DNA of 64,000 nucleotides, taken from the human T2T-CHM13v2.0 reference genome, Homo sapiens. The stretch is from NCBI RefSeq assembly GCF_009914755.1, contig NC_060937.1; one strand, given 5' to 3'. Both the position numbers and the translations under genes were made by a program. Below, piece after piece: positions 38,852-52,016 of this stretch; positions within the stretch are counted from its first letter, which is position 1, and the number at the start of each line of letters is the position of its first letter. The notes under the pieces were generated by a model. That model did not search any database. It was not told the DNA's origin and worked only from the letters and a program-made list of their open reading frames with translations.

Positions 38852-40382
38852 TCAATGTTCTCAGCTTAATTATGTTCTCCCTACACATCTTCACTCAACT
38901 TATGGGATCTCATTCTTTCATTCTTTCCTAATTAATGTTCTCACTTTAACAGTAGACACCCTACTTTAAGGCTGGGAGTTCAACTTGTGTTGTAATCCAG
39001 CCAATCACAGGATAAGATTCTGAGTTTGATTTTCAGTAATTTCAACCCTGTAGTGACAGAAGATAAGGCTCTCCTTCAAGGAACATCTAGAAGTTCTTAG
39101 GTCATTTACGTGGTGCTTGAGGTGGAAATTTGAATTCCTGAGCTCATACTTTTTTTTTTTTTGCCATTTGCTCAGTGATATTAGGAATAAGCAAACAATG
39201 ACATTGAATTGTGTCAATTTCAAAAAAAATGTGCAAAATTGTTATATACAGAGTCACTTCACTCTTTGCTTTTTCTAAGTGGTTGATTAGTGATATCCAA
39301 TGCAGATACTTTGGATATTTTTATAAAGTTTACACCACGAACTATTATGCTCTCTTTACTACTTTAAAGAGTGCTTAGCAATTTGAAATCAAGTCAGATT
39401 ACAAGAGCCAATTAGAGACCACAAAACCATTTCATAGAACTCATCCTTAAAACTCATCTCTAGAACTACTCTCAGTACCAAAATCTGTATAAGTCAAGGA
39501 TCTCTAGAGAAACAGAACAAATAAATGTGTTATATATATGTGTGTATGTATATTTTTATGTATATGTGTCTATATAACATACATGTATATATAAGCACTC
39601 AGATACATATATTTGGAGAGACAGATCTATATGTATATCTATCTATATCTTTCTATCTCTTTATCTATCTATCTGGAGAGAGAGGAAATATCATTATGAA
39701 AACCAGTTCATGTAATTATGGAAGCAAAGGAGTTCCATGATTTGCAGTATTCTGGCTGAAGAATCAGGAAATCCAGTGGCAATTGAGGTCAGGTCCAAAG
39801 GTCTGAGGACCAGGACTGCTGATGTTTGAAGGCAGAAGAACATGCATGTCCCAGTTCAAATAGAACAAATTCACCATTTCTCCTGTTGTTTTTCCTATTT
39901 GGGCCACAGATGGATTGGCTGATGCCTGCCCATCACATTGGTGAGGATGGGTCTTTCTTATTTAGTCTACTAATTTAAATGCTAATCTTTTCTGGAAGCA
40001 CCCTCATACACCCACCCAGAAATCATGTCTTTCCAGCTATCTGGGCATTCTTTAGCCCAGTCAAGTTGACACAAAATTAACCATCACAGTCATAAGAGGC
40101 TGTATTAATTCCTCCTTGATCTCTTTCTCAGCTCAGTCACCCTGGGAGAAGCCAGCCTGCATGTTGTGAAGGCACCAAAGCTGACTGCACAGAGATGACA
40201 GGAAGAGAAACTGAGGCTTCCCATCAACAGCCAGCACCAACTTGCCAGCCATATAAGTGAGACATAATAAAAACAGATCCATCAGATGGTTAGGCCTTCA
40301 AAAAACTGCAGCTTTGCCAACCTTGCAAAAAAACCCTGGATCAGAACCACTCAGATAAGCCACTCCCAAATATGCAGGTTAC

Positions 40383-40929
40383 TATTGTAGTTATTCATTG
40401 ATGCATAACCAATTTTTCCAAAATGTAGTGGCTTAAAGAAATAAACACTATCCCCCCAGTGTCTGTGAAACAGGAATTTATGAGGGGGTTAACTGGGTGT
40501 TACTGGCTCAAGGTGTCTAATATCGCAGTTAAGATATTGGTTGGGGCTGTGGTCATCTGAAGGCTTGACTAGAGCTGGGTGATCTGCTTCCAAGATGGCT
40601 CCCTCATGTGGATGTTAAGGAGACCTCAGCTCCTCACTGACTATTGGCAGGAAAACTTGATTTCTCCCTATGGATGCCTCTTCAGGCTGCTTGAGTGTCC
40701 TCACAATATGGTAGCCGGCTTCTCCCAGGAGAAGGAATCCAAGAGAGGGGGAAATATGGAAATAATAACGTCTTCTATGACCTAACATTGGGAGTCACAT
40801 GTTGTCTTTTCCATATGATCTAACTGGCTGCACATGTCAGTCATAGTCAGTGTAGGTGTGGACTGCAGAAGGGTGTGAAAACTAGGAAGTGGGAATCTCT
40901 GTAAGCCATCCTGGAAGCTGGATATCACA
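40383..40929 (-). mobile_element. MLT1-family LTR nested antisense in the MLT1F LTR
   Basis: tgcataaccaattttccaaaatgtagtggcttaa; ggggctgtggtcatctgaaggcttgact; cttccaagatggctc. Confidence 0.85.
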
Positions 40930-41519
40930 GTGGGGTAATGAATGGTTGTTATTGATTTATGCCACTAAGTTTTGTGGTAATTTATTATGCAATGATAGAT
41001 AGCTAATATACAAAGAGACCAATATGGAATATTTGGTTGTTCCTAATGATTCGAAGTGAAGAATGTTAGTGCTGCCTGCCTTCTCTATCCATGAAGCACC
41101 AGGAGATGTTGTGGACCAGAAGGGTGCACACTCAATCCTGTTTCCATAAAGCTCTCTAATTGAAGTAGTGTCCTAGGAACCCCAGCATCTCTGGAACTGG
41201 TTTGGAATCCCAGCAGCTGGTACTGGGACATAAATCTTGGCAATTCATTAGCTATTTTTATTCACTATTTTCGACTTTTTTATAAGTCAGGTTTTATAGT
41301 TTTGTCTACGTTCCAATCTTGAGACGTAAACCTTTGTGTTCCTTCTGGTAAACAAATGCCATGTGTCCTTAGAACAAGCTCTTTATACCCTGCCTTTTCA
41401 TATATGAAAAATACTGGGTTTGTTTCCTATTCAGACTTTATTTGGAACACTATAATTTAAATCAGTCTCCCCAGATAGAAGCACAGAAAAAGAAGATTGG
41501 GGAAGTACAGCGTGTTGTT

Positions 41520-41624
41520 TCCAACAAGGTGGAAAATTCATCTGAAATGACAGAAATCCTGGGTAATGATGAATCTCTGAGGATTCCTGTGTCACAGCAA
41601 ACTAGCTGATTGGTCTGTGCAATT
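41520..41624 (+). repeat. Dispersed 105-bp duplication, copy 2 (partner 13135-13239)
   Basis: Ungapped, 97/105 identical by manual count. Confidence 0.95.
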
Positions 41625-42699
41625 GAGCTATAGCATAATATCAATACTTACACTCCCTTTTGAATTGAAAATGAGGCAATTAAAATTTACTAAATCCCTT
41701 GTTTTGAATTGCTTCTGGTCCCTTTGGGTTTGCCATAGCCCAGTTTTGTGCCTTTTATTTTGAGAAGCCCTGTCTTGCAAATTTGAAAGTTTGTAGACTC
41801 TATTTTGAAATGGGCTTTATTCCAAAAATAGGTTTTACTTTATTATTTTCCACTGCCTCTGGGGATATTTTGACCAAAATGGCAAAACCCAAAGACTTCC
41901 TGAAGGCTAATCTTTTTTCTGGGTCATATGATTCTTTTCAGTTTTCATCTGGAGAGGGTTTTCTGATAACAATAGGTTTGACTGTTTGTGAACTGGAGAA
42001 AATCCCGTTGCTTTGGAGTTAACAATGAGTGGAATTTCAGTGCAGTATGGTTATTTGCTTAATACAATAGAAGTTGGTGCAGACTGGATTTGCAAATGTC
42101 AAATAGACTGTGTGGGAAAATCTATATCACTGCAACTGGGTCAACAAACAGTTCTGAATGCAGAAATGCTGACAGGACTGTAGCAAGCAATTTGGTCAAC
42201 TTCAATTCATGTCCAAAGTTAAGCTGGATTAAAAAGATGCCTGTGAAGAAATGGTTAAATATTAAAACAGCAGGGATCTTACAACTAAGAGGGGAAGAGA
42301 AAGAGGAGTCAGTGAAATGAAACATTAGAAACACAAAACAATATGCAATTAGTAATACCTGTCTCAGAGGCAGGCTTATTATAAGGTGGAAGCCACAAAA
42401 GAACAAATGCTCAAAGAAGCAGCTGAAGTCCTCCAACTCATTACTCACATGCATCATGAAGTTTTAAACAAACAGTGATGAGATGACAGAAAGATAGTCT
42501 ATCTTCCAGTATTTTTAAACTTCTAGCTCTGTTGGGTAAGCAGTTTCCAAATGGACATGAATTCACTTGAGCCTGATGCTTCTGAGTTTTTTGGCCAGAC
42601 ATAGGATTTCAGATATGAATTGAATAAATCACTGCCTTACATCACGTAGTTTTCCAACCCAGCAATACTCAAGAGCATCTGGGTCAAGGGCAAGTTCTG

Positions 42700-42890
42700 G
42701 AGCAGGAGTTGGAAAGCAGAGGTTCTGGGTTGCCTGAGAAATTTAGGACAGGTCCATTTAATTCCATGAGCCCCAGTTTCCTTATTGACACAGTACAAGT
42801 CTCAGTTCTTTACCTGCCTGATTAACAAGGTTGTTGGGAAGGTATCAAATGTAATTACACACACACACACACACGAAAGCACTTTAGCAT
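42700..42890 (+). mobile_element. MIR fragment with (CA)n
   Basis: tttaggacaggtccatttaattccatgagccccagtttccttat ... aaggttgttgggaagg. Confidence 0.65.
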
Positions 42891-43487
42891 TCTTAAAGAG
42901 CAAGATTCAGCATATTGTCTATGAGCAAAATGAAAATAAACATAATAAATTCTAATGTTTACAGTAAGTAGTATAATTGTCCTTATGAGTCAAATGATGT
43001 CATTATGTCAAATGATGTCATTTGTCAACGGACAAACAGGTAGAAAGGAGTGGATCCGAGTCTAATTAGATTTTGGGACTCCAAAGAGCAAGCTGTTAAT
43101 CACCATTTTAAAACATGGGATGGAAGAAGGGAGTGAGGGTAGACATATGAGGCATAAGGATCTCTTTAATACCTGAGCATGCATATAATATGATTTTCCT
43201 TAGAATTCCTAGGAGACATGGGAGACAAGCAAAAGCTTGCCTAGTGTACATACCAGGGGTTCTGGTCATTTAAAAATAATGATTACTGTATGTCCTGTGC
43301 ATTTGCATTTTGGTTTTGAATAAAAAACAGCTAAAGTCATGGTGGAAATAAAGCTTAAGTGTTAGGTGCAGTCATTCGGAGAAATTCAAACTTTGATTCA
43401 AGCTAGTGATTGAACTGTGGATATCACTGGTCATAAGAGGAATGAGAAGAAGGTTGGAGCAGTGAAAATCCTTCAGTACAGATCTAA

Positions 43488-43714
43488 GATACGATTTCTC
43501 ACCCTCAGAGCTCTTGACATTCTGGGTCATACAGCTCTTCGTGGTGGGGCTGTCTTGTTCAGTGTAGAAGGTTGAACAGCATCCCTGGCCTCTACACACT
43601 ACGTGGCCCTAGCACATACCTTTCCCCCCACCAGGTTTTGACAACCAAAAAATGTTTTTAGACATTGCTGAATGTTTCCTGGGGTACAAAATTGCTCCCA
43701 TTTGAGAACAATTG
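43488..43714. mobile_element. MER20 (hAT-Charlie)
   Basis: agcatccctggcctctacacact..; tgacaaccaaaaaatg..agacattgc; ttgagaacaattg. Confidence 0.9.
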
Positions 43715-44225
43715 TTCTGAAAACATCTCACAAAAGCATGGGTTATTAGTAACTGCCAGTGTACGTGTATAGCAATTGGCACAGCGCATATTTCATACGC
43801 AAATTCTATACTAGTAAATGGTCGGTAGCACGTTGAACTATTTTTAAACAAATTTTCAAATTTGTGTATGCTTCAAATAGTAAAAAGTGTTATTCAAATT
43901 GATGAGTGTTACCTTATTAAGACTATTTTAGAATTTAGTCAATGAGCAGAGCGATCCATTTATTCTTTACCCTTTTTTAATTTGTTTTATTCCAAATAAG
44001 ATTCTGAAAATAGTGTAGCAAGAAACAAAGTAACACTACATAAAATCAAATACATTAAAATGTAATCGCTAAAATTTTTTCTTAAATTTTATGTATCTGA
44101 GAAGTTTACTTTTGCCATGCTAGCAGGGTCCCTTAAAAAAGCAACAAAGGAAAAAAAATAGGATTTTTATTCTTTACATGTCTATGATCACAGGAATACA
44201 TAATGTATATGTATGCACTTACAAT

Positions 44226-44997
44226 ATGCAGTGGGTTCAATAGTGTCCCCCAAAATTTATGTCCACTTGGAACCCTAGAATGTGACCTATATGAAAATAA
44301 GATCATTGCAGATGTAATTAAATTATAGATCGAAAGATGAGATCATCCTAGATTTAGGCTGGGTCCTAAATCCAATTACTGGTGTCCTTTTAAAAAGAAG
44401 AGATGGGCCTGGAATGGTGGCTCACATCTGTAATCCCAGCAATTTGGGAGCCCGAAGCAGGTGGATTACCTGAGGTCAGGAGTTTGAAACCAGCCTGGCC
44501 AAAATGGGGAAATCCTGTCTCTACTAAAAATTACTAAAAATATAAAAATTAGACCGGCATGTTGGCATGCACCTGTAATCCCAGCCACTCGGTAGGCTGA
44601 GGCAGCAGAACCGCTTGAACCTTGGAGGCGGAGGTTGCAGTGAGCTGAGATAACGCCATTGCACTTCAGCCTCCGAGACAGAGCAAGATTGCATCTCAAA
44701 AAAAAAAAAAAAAAACAAAAACAAAAAAGAAGAGAGGATACAGAGAAGCACATGAAGAAGGCCATGTGCAGATGGAGGCAGAGATTGAAGTGAAGCGTCT
44801 ACAAGCCAAGAAATTCCACGTGTTGCCAGCAACCACCAGAAGCTCATGGCGTAAATTCTCTCCTCTAGCCTCCAGGAGAAACCAGCCCTGCCTCATTCCC
44901 GACTTCTGGCCCCCTTCACTGTGAAGGAATAAGTTTCTATTATTTTAAACCACTCAGTTTGTGGCCATTTGTTACAGCGCCCTAGGAATCTAATATA
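44226..44997 (+). mobile_element. MLT1B/C LTR with Alu insertion
   Basis: aatagtgtccccc..gaatgtgacct..; gaaggccatgtgcagatggaggcagagattg; ttgttacagcgccctagga. Confidence 0.9.
44406..44722 (+). mobile_element. AluS
   Basis: TSD aaaaagaagaga. Confidence 0.96.
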
Positions 44998-47598
44998 GTA
45001 TGTATGTATCTATTAGTAGAAATCATATTCCCAAGACGTTGATTCCCTACATTCTTGATCAGGCTAGTATAATCGTATTTTGGCAAATCCATCTGCAGGA
45101 CCAGTGTACAGTGCAGTATGCTGCACAGGGGAGGGACAGAATTCTTTTTTTAAGCATGAAGAAATATGGAAACATCTTCTAAACATGTAGGATGTCCTGG
45201 TTATTTTTGGAGATTGTGCTAACATCTGCCAATTGTCATTGTAGGGCAAATACGTTTGCGTTGTAGATATGATAGGGAACATGCTGGGAAGCCATCATCT
45301 CTGACTTCTCTAGTTCAGTGGATTCACTAACACAGGTGAGGAGCAGATAATCAACAAGCCCTGTGAGATGCGCTCTGGTCCAGCAGAACATGAGTTGGAA
45401 ATCTAATTCACTGAGTCCTAACACCTTGGGACATTTTGTCTCAAAAGCAAAAAGATGATCACTTGAAGTCATCTGATTGTGGAATGGACAGAAGACTGAC
45501 CAAACAAAGTTAGCCAGTGTACAATGGAGAAGACGCAAAAATAAAGAAGGAAGGATTGTAGAAGAATACAGCAATGTCGGACCCAGCATTGAGGAAGAGG
45601 CAGCAGCCGCCTGTGTGCTTTGGAGCACGGAACTCATGGGCTTTGGAGGCAGACAGAGCTGGATTCAAATCTTCTGCCTACATCTTCTTCACTTTTGGCA
45701 GATGACGTGAAATCGTTACGCCTTGGTTTCACATGGACGGAAAAGCGTACTTTATTGGCTTCCTGTCTGACCTGGCACGTGATGGGCATTCACGTGGCAA
45801 GGATGTTAGAGCTACTACCTCCTGTACGAGCCCCCATTTTGTGAGTAAGGAAAATAAATCAGGGGAAAACAATTGTTATAAAATTGGGTGGCAATCTGTT
45901 CAAAAACTGTTTTTAAACTGATTGCTTGAAAGGCACAAGTGTGTGATGTGTGATAAGCCTTCCTCTAGTAATGCCACACTGACTTTGCATCAAAAACAAC
46001 ATTTATGAAAATCCCAGGCTAGATGTTTGTCTTTGAGGGACTCAATTTCGGTTAAGAGAACTGGAGGAAAACAACACAAATTTTCTATTTATAAAGTAAC
46101 ACTCTCTCTTTTAAAGAGTTTTGTGATCTTTATAAAATGGAATTTGATGTTTATGTGTTTATCCTTTTGACAGCTAACAGTAAAGACTAGCTAAAATAAT
46201 GAAATTTGCAATTACGGTTTATTGCCATATTCTAACATCCAGAAATTGAAAGAAAGTTTTAGAAGGATAAATCAAGGTCTTTTATTGCCCTGTTCCCTAT
46301 TGATATTGAGGAGATCTCAGCTCTAAAGCAGAATCAACTTAGATATTTTTGAGGCATATATGTCTTTATCTTTAAAATTTAGACTTAAATGGATCTACAG
46401 GAAACCTGGCTAACATTTTAAAACATGACAGCTGTAGTGAAAACATCAGAATATATTGGGTCAAATTAGATTAAGTTGCATTATCCGACTCTTGTCAATA
46501 AAATGCATTCCAAAATCTGTGCTATCTAGTAAAAATAAGATCAAGGAATTCCAATGTTGTAGTGACGACAAAGTTTTCAAATAAAAGGCTTCATGTATCT
46601 TTGAAAAGAGATTTTAAAAAGCAAATTGCCCATTTTCAGTGGGGAGTTTATTTTTAGTGAGGAAACATCTCCTGAATACTAAAGGAAGGCCGACAAGGAA
46701 GCAGAAATGCTGTTCAACTTCAGAAGGGGAAAAATTCAAGCCATTTCTTTGCTCTCTCCTGATATATATTTTTTTTAAATAACATTTTCACAACTAGCTT
46801 ATTTTTTGGCACAGAAAGAAGACTCTCAGTTTCTTTTCTTTTCATTCTGTTAGTTAGTTGACAGGACCTCCAGGTAAAAGAAATGTTTTTAATAAAATAT
46901 ATTCCCTCACAGTGTGGAGAAGAAGGTAGCTAAGCAAGAAAAAAGATGTTATCGCTGGCTCCTCTGAGACATATATGATGTTCACTTTAATCTATTTGAT
47001 TGTCCCTGAATTGCTGATTGCTGCTCTTTTCTCTCCAAGGCACAAAAGGGAAGATTAATATATTTATATATGTAATATGCAGGATATACAGGCTGTATTA
47101 GGCATGCTCATTGGCTTTCTTTTTCACCTCTCTCTGTTTCTCTGTTTCTGCCTTTCTTCTCACTGTGAGCTGAAAAATGGAAGCAATTTGCTGGAGCCAT
47201 TCCTAAAGCTCTCCCACCTGGTACCTTGACTTTTATAATTGCTGTGATATTTCACTTGAGCCAGCCGAAATGAGTGGAAACGGTGAGTGGGCTAGAGTGA
47301 GGGTGCTAATATGCTGATGTGTCATGGCAGCAACCCATAACTATTTGTGTCCAATTTCTCCTCGGACACAGAGGAACCACTCCAGCCACCAGGCAGGGAT
47401 TTGTAGGTTAGATCACATGATCCCTCATTTCCTCTGAGACCTGAGACTTTAATGGGCATTGTTTCAATTACTCTTGAGACAAAGCTAGCATCTTCAGCAA
47501 CAACCCCTCATCCCCTCTCCTACTCTGCAGAAATTCACCCTCTGTGTAAGAATATCTTGGCCTTTGTTTTAAAAATTAAGCATCCAAATGAACAATGA

Positions 47599-47952
<354 letters not shown>

Positions 47953-48956
47953 TGAATTGGTGGTTAGATCCAAATTTCACAGTGCTTCTCACTCGCGTCC
48001 AGGCTCGTGGCCACTCAACAGCCCTCCCTGACATGCCTTCCCCCAAGACAGATTTATTTTCTTCTAACTTCCAGAAGGATGATTCCCTTCACTGTTTAAT
48101 TAATACATTGACAACTTCCTCCTATTGCATTTTACCTCATAGATCAATCACTACCCCATTGTCACTCTGTTATATAAATATATTTAATCAAAAAGATTGA
48201 ATTACCTCTCCATCATTTATAGTGTTGTTCACATGAAAGCTGGAATCAAAGGCATCAGAGCGATGAAAAGTGCTTGTATCAGCCTCCAACCTAAGTCATT
48301 CCCCAAATCACCCTTTCTAGCTCCTGGCATCTTGCTATATTTCCTACCTCTAGGACTCAGGGCAGTTCTGGATGCATTTGTCCACTATTTTCATGTCTCA
48401 TGTGCTTTGGTTGGATAATGATGAACCAACAATAGTTATGAAAACTTTGAGGTCCTATATTCACCTTCGCTTTCAAGTCATTTGCCCTAATTTGATGTCA
48501 GTCCCATTCATTCATTCCATCATTGACAGGCACTTCGCTGGGCACAGAGGATAAAGCAGAAATGAAAAAGATGAGCCTCCTGCTTTCAGGGAGCTCAGAG
48601 TCCGAAAGAGGAAAGCAGCCACATAAACAAGTAAATACAACCCCTCCCTTGCTGGCTTGTTGGATAACAAGCTGCTCAGTTACCGCTAGGTTAGGTTCGA
48701 GAGCATGGTCAAGTCTTCCCAGCATTTGTGTTTTCTCGAGATCCTTTCAGGCTCTCTGATCCGCAGACTGGATGTTTAGGGTGCACGTGTTAGTGGAAGC
48801 CCTGACTAAACTGACCTTTACAAAATGAGGACATTTATTTCTGCCTCCAAATGTGTGGGGGCCTCCACCTGAGGGTATGGTCATCATTTTAACAAACAAA
48901 AAAGCAAAAGGCACAGCTGACACACACAAGTGCCCTGTAGGAGAACCTATGCATTA

Positions 48957-49052
48957 CTCCAAACTCTGCTCAGATGTGTAACAAACTTACAATATTAACA
49001 AACTCTGCTCCAAACCCCACTCAGATACGTAACAAACTTACCATATTAACAA
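48957..49052. repeat. ~45-bp imperfect tandem duplication
   Basis: ctccaaac....ctcagat..gtaacaaacttac.atattaacaa x2. Confidence 0.85.
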
Positions 49053-49509
49053 GAGATGTAAGAGAAGTTATATTTGATCTTTATGACATTGAAATGTCCG
49101 TTCTTTGACATTTTATATTCTGATTGGAACAGAAAGGATGTCATTTAAAAATATTGTGTTTCTTCTACAATTTATATATTATTATAGACAGGATAAGCTT
49201 CATATACTTAAACAAAGATATTTATAATGCATAGTGTGTATTATTTCATGTGCTAAGATTCACTCTTTAAAGTGGCTTAAGCTATGTTTTATTCACATCA
49301 GGTTTTTACAATCATATTTTCTATTTGTTTTTAACTTTTGTTCTATAGATGGTGTTTTGCTTTAGCATGAACTTCCAGACCTGCCCTCACATTCCTCCAT
49401 TTCCAGTTAATAAAGCAGTGGGCACTTCCAAAACAAAGCAAAAAGACCACATAACTTATGTAATGTAGTGGGACACATTTATTATGTAGATAATACTGAG
49501 GGATTTCAG

Positions 49510-49735
49510 TATATAATAGAAAGTGCATAGACTTGGAAATAAAAAAAATTTGATTTCAGGCTTGTCTTGTTCATTTCCTGGCTGTGTGGTCTGAGGTGTT
49601 TACTAACTCCTCTGATTTTCAGTTTCTTCACTTCTAAGGAAGGATGGCACTGGCTACTTTTTAGATTTATTATGAGGATTAAATGATGTGTTATATATAA
49701 AATGCATGGAGTGTAGTAGAAACATAGTGAATGGC
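49510..49735 (+). mobile_element. MIR
   Basis: ctctgattttcagtttcttcac..; ttatgaggattaaatga. Confidence 0.7.
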
Positions 49736-50482
49736 ACGTATCCCTTGAAGAGAGGAAACTCAGACAGCATATTAAATCCAGTATAGAGACATGACAAATA
49801 TCATTTTCAAAGCTTTTGTTAAGGATAGCTTAAAAAATTAGATTTTTCTAGGACTATATCCTAAGAGTACCGAAAACACATTGGTTGATTTGGGGGCATT
49901 GCTTCTAATCTAGCAACTTCTTAACTTGATTATTTTCAACTGGAGGCATTAAAAGTAATTTATTTTTCAGAAAAAGGTCTATTTACCAAAAGAGGAGAAG
50001 AATAAAAAGAAGGAAAATGAAAGAATAATAACAATGAAACTCACAATGAGATAAATCACATAAAAATATGAAGGTATCTATATTGGCTGATGCATTGAGA
50101 GAGACAGAAATGGCAAGTGAAAATCTTTTAATGAAGAGGTTCTTTAGGAGATGTATTTTTATAGCTTTTATTTTTATCTCAAGATTTTCCTTCCAGCAAC
50201 ATCTATATGAAAAGACAACTGCCACCAACTTCTTTAATTTGATTCAATTTTAGGATAAAAAAGTCTACAAATAAAATATCATTCTGAGAGTGAGAGGTAA
50301 CTCATTCAGAGAAGAAATATTAATGACATTATTTTGATACTGACCAGTATTTCTCAGGATAGTGCTTTATTACTTTAAAAAAAAAAAAGTTATTTTTTCT
50401 TCCAAAATGGAAATATCTTAAAGAATTTTGTTGATTTTGTAAGTAATATATTCTCATTTTAAAAACTATAAACAAGAACTGT

Positions 50483-50945
50483 GTCCAGGTGTAATGGCTC
50501 ATGCCTGTAATTCCAGCACTTTGGGAGCCTGAAGTATGTGGATCCCATGAGCTCAGGAGTTTGAGACCAGCCTGGGCAACATGGTGAAACCCCATCTCTA
50601 AAAAAAAAAAAAAAAAAAAAATAGCTTGTCGTGGTGTCACATGCCTGTAGTTTCAGCTATCTGGGAGGCTGAAGTGGGATGATTATTTGAGCCCAGAAGG
50701 TCTGAGACTGCAGTGAGCCAAGATCTTCCCACTGTGCTCCAGTCTGGATGACAGAGCGAGACCTGATCTCAAAAATAAAAATAAAAATAAATAAAATAAA
50801 TAAATAAGCAAGAGCTGAGTGTGGTGGCATGCATTTGTAGTCTTAGCTACTGAGGAGGCCAAGGTGGGAGGCTTACTATGAGACCATGAGTTCAAGCCCA
50901 GCATGGGAAACATAGTCAACTCTGCCTGTAAAAAAAAAAGAAAAG
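50483..50945 (+). mobile_element. AluJ dimer followed by a free Alu monomer
   Basis: gagctcaggagtttgagaccagcctgggcaacatgg; second monomer from ~50812. Confidence 0.9.
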
Positions 50946-51237
50946 AAAACTATATAAACAATACAGAAACCTATAAAATAGAAAATATAAGACATGGCTA
51001 ACAACTCAAGTTATGTCTTTTTCTTCTTTTTTCACATGCATATTTATTGTTGTAATAAAATCACATACATGTTGTTATAGAACCAGGCATTTTCACCTGC
51101 AGCAGCTTTCTATATCCATCCACACAGATATATCTCATTGTTTCTACTGGCTTCATAGGGTGCCGCTATGCAGAGTTTTTATCATTATTTAATCAATTCG
51201 CATTGGTGGTCATTTGAGTAATTTCTTGATGTTAGTC

Positions 51238-51650
51238 TTGCACCAGTTGCCTAGAGCTGTGATAACAAAGTATCAAAACTGGGAACTTAAAAACAGAAAT
51301 TTATTCTTATTCTATCTGGAGGCCAGAAGACCAAAATCAAGGTGTTGGCAGGATCACGCTCCCTCTGAAGGTGCTAGGGGAGGAATCTTCTTTGCTTATT
51401 CCTTCCTGGAAGTTGCCAGCAGTTCTTGGCATTCCTTTTCGATGCATTACTCCAATCTGTGTCTTTCCATGACCTTTGCCCATATGTTTGTGTCTCTGTG
51501 TCTCTTCTCTTCTTATAGGAACACCCATAATGTCGGATTAAGGTCCCACACTGCTCCAGTAAAACTCATTTTAACTAATTGCACCTGAATGACCCTATTT
51601 CCAGATAAATTCACCTTCTGAGATTCTGGGAGGGACATGAATGGGGTCAG
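51238..51650 (-). mobile_element. MLT1B/C LTR
   Basis: ctagagctgtgataacaaagt..aacagaaatttattc..ctggaggccagaag..aaatcaaggtgttggcagg. Confidence 0.88.
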
Positions 51651-51750
51651 GAAGTTGCGGGGAGGGTATCCAACTGACTAAAATTACCAAAAATAAAGAT
51701 CCAACAAACAGATAATCTGCAAATTTGTCTGAATGTTACCTGGAAAGGAA

Positions 51751-52016
51751 TTTTTTTTTTTCTTTTGAGACAGAGTCTCACTCTGTGGCCCGGGCTGGAG
51801 TGCAGTGGCACAAACTTGGCTCACTGCAAACTCCGCCTCCTGAGTAGCTGGGATTACAGGCGCCCATCACCACACCTGGTTAATTTTTGTATTTTTAGTA
51901 AGTACAGGGTTTCACCATGTTGGCCAGGCTGGTCTTGCATTCCTGACCTCAAGTGATCTACCCCCCTTGGCCTCCCAAAGTGCTGGGATTAGAGGCGTGA
52001 GCCACTGGGCCTGGCC
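51751..52016 (-). mobile_element. AluS with internal ~30-bp deletion
   Basis: ctccgcctcc|tgagtagctgg; deletion between GCCTCC direct repeats. Confidence 0.94.
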
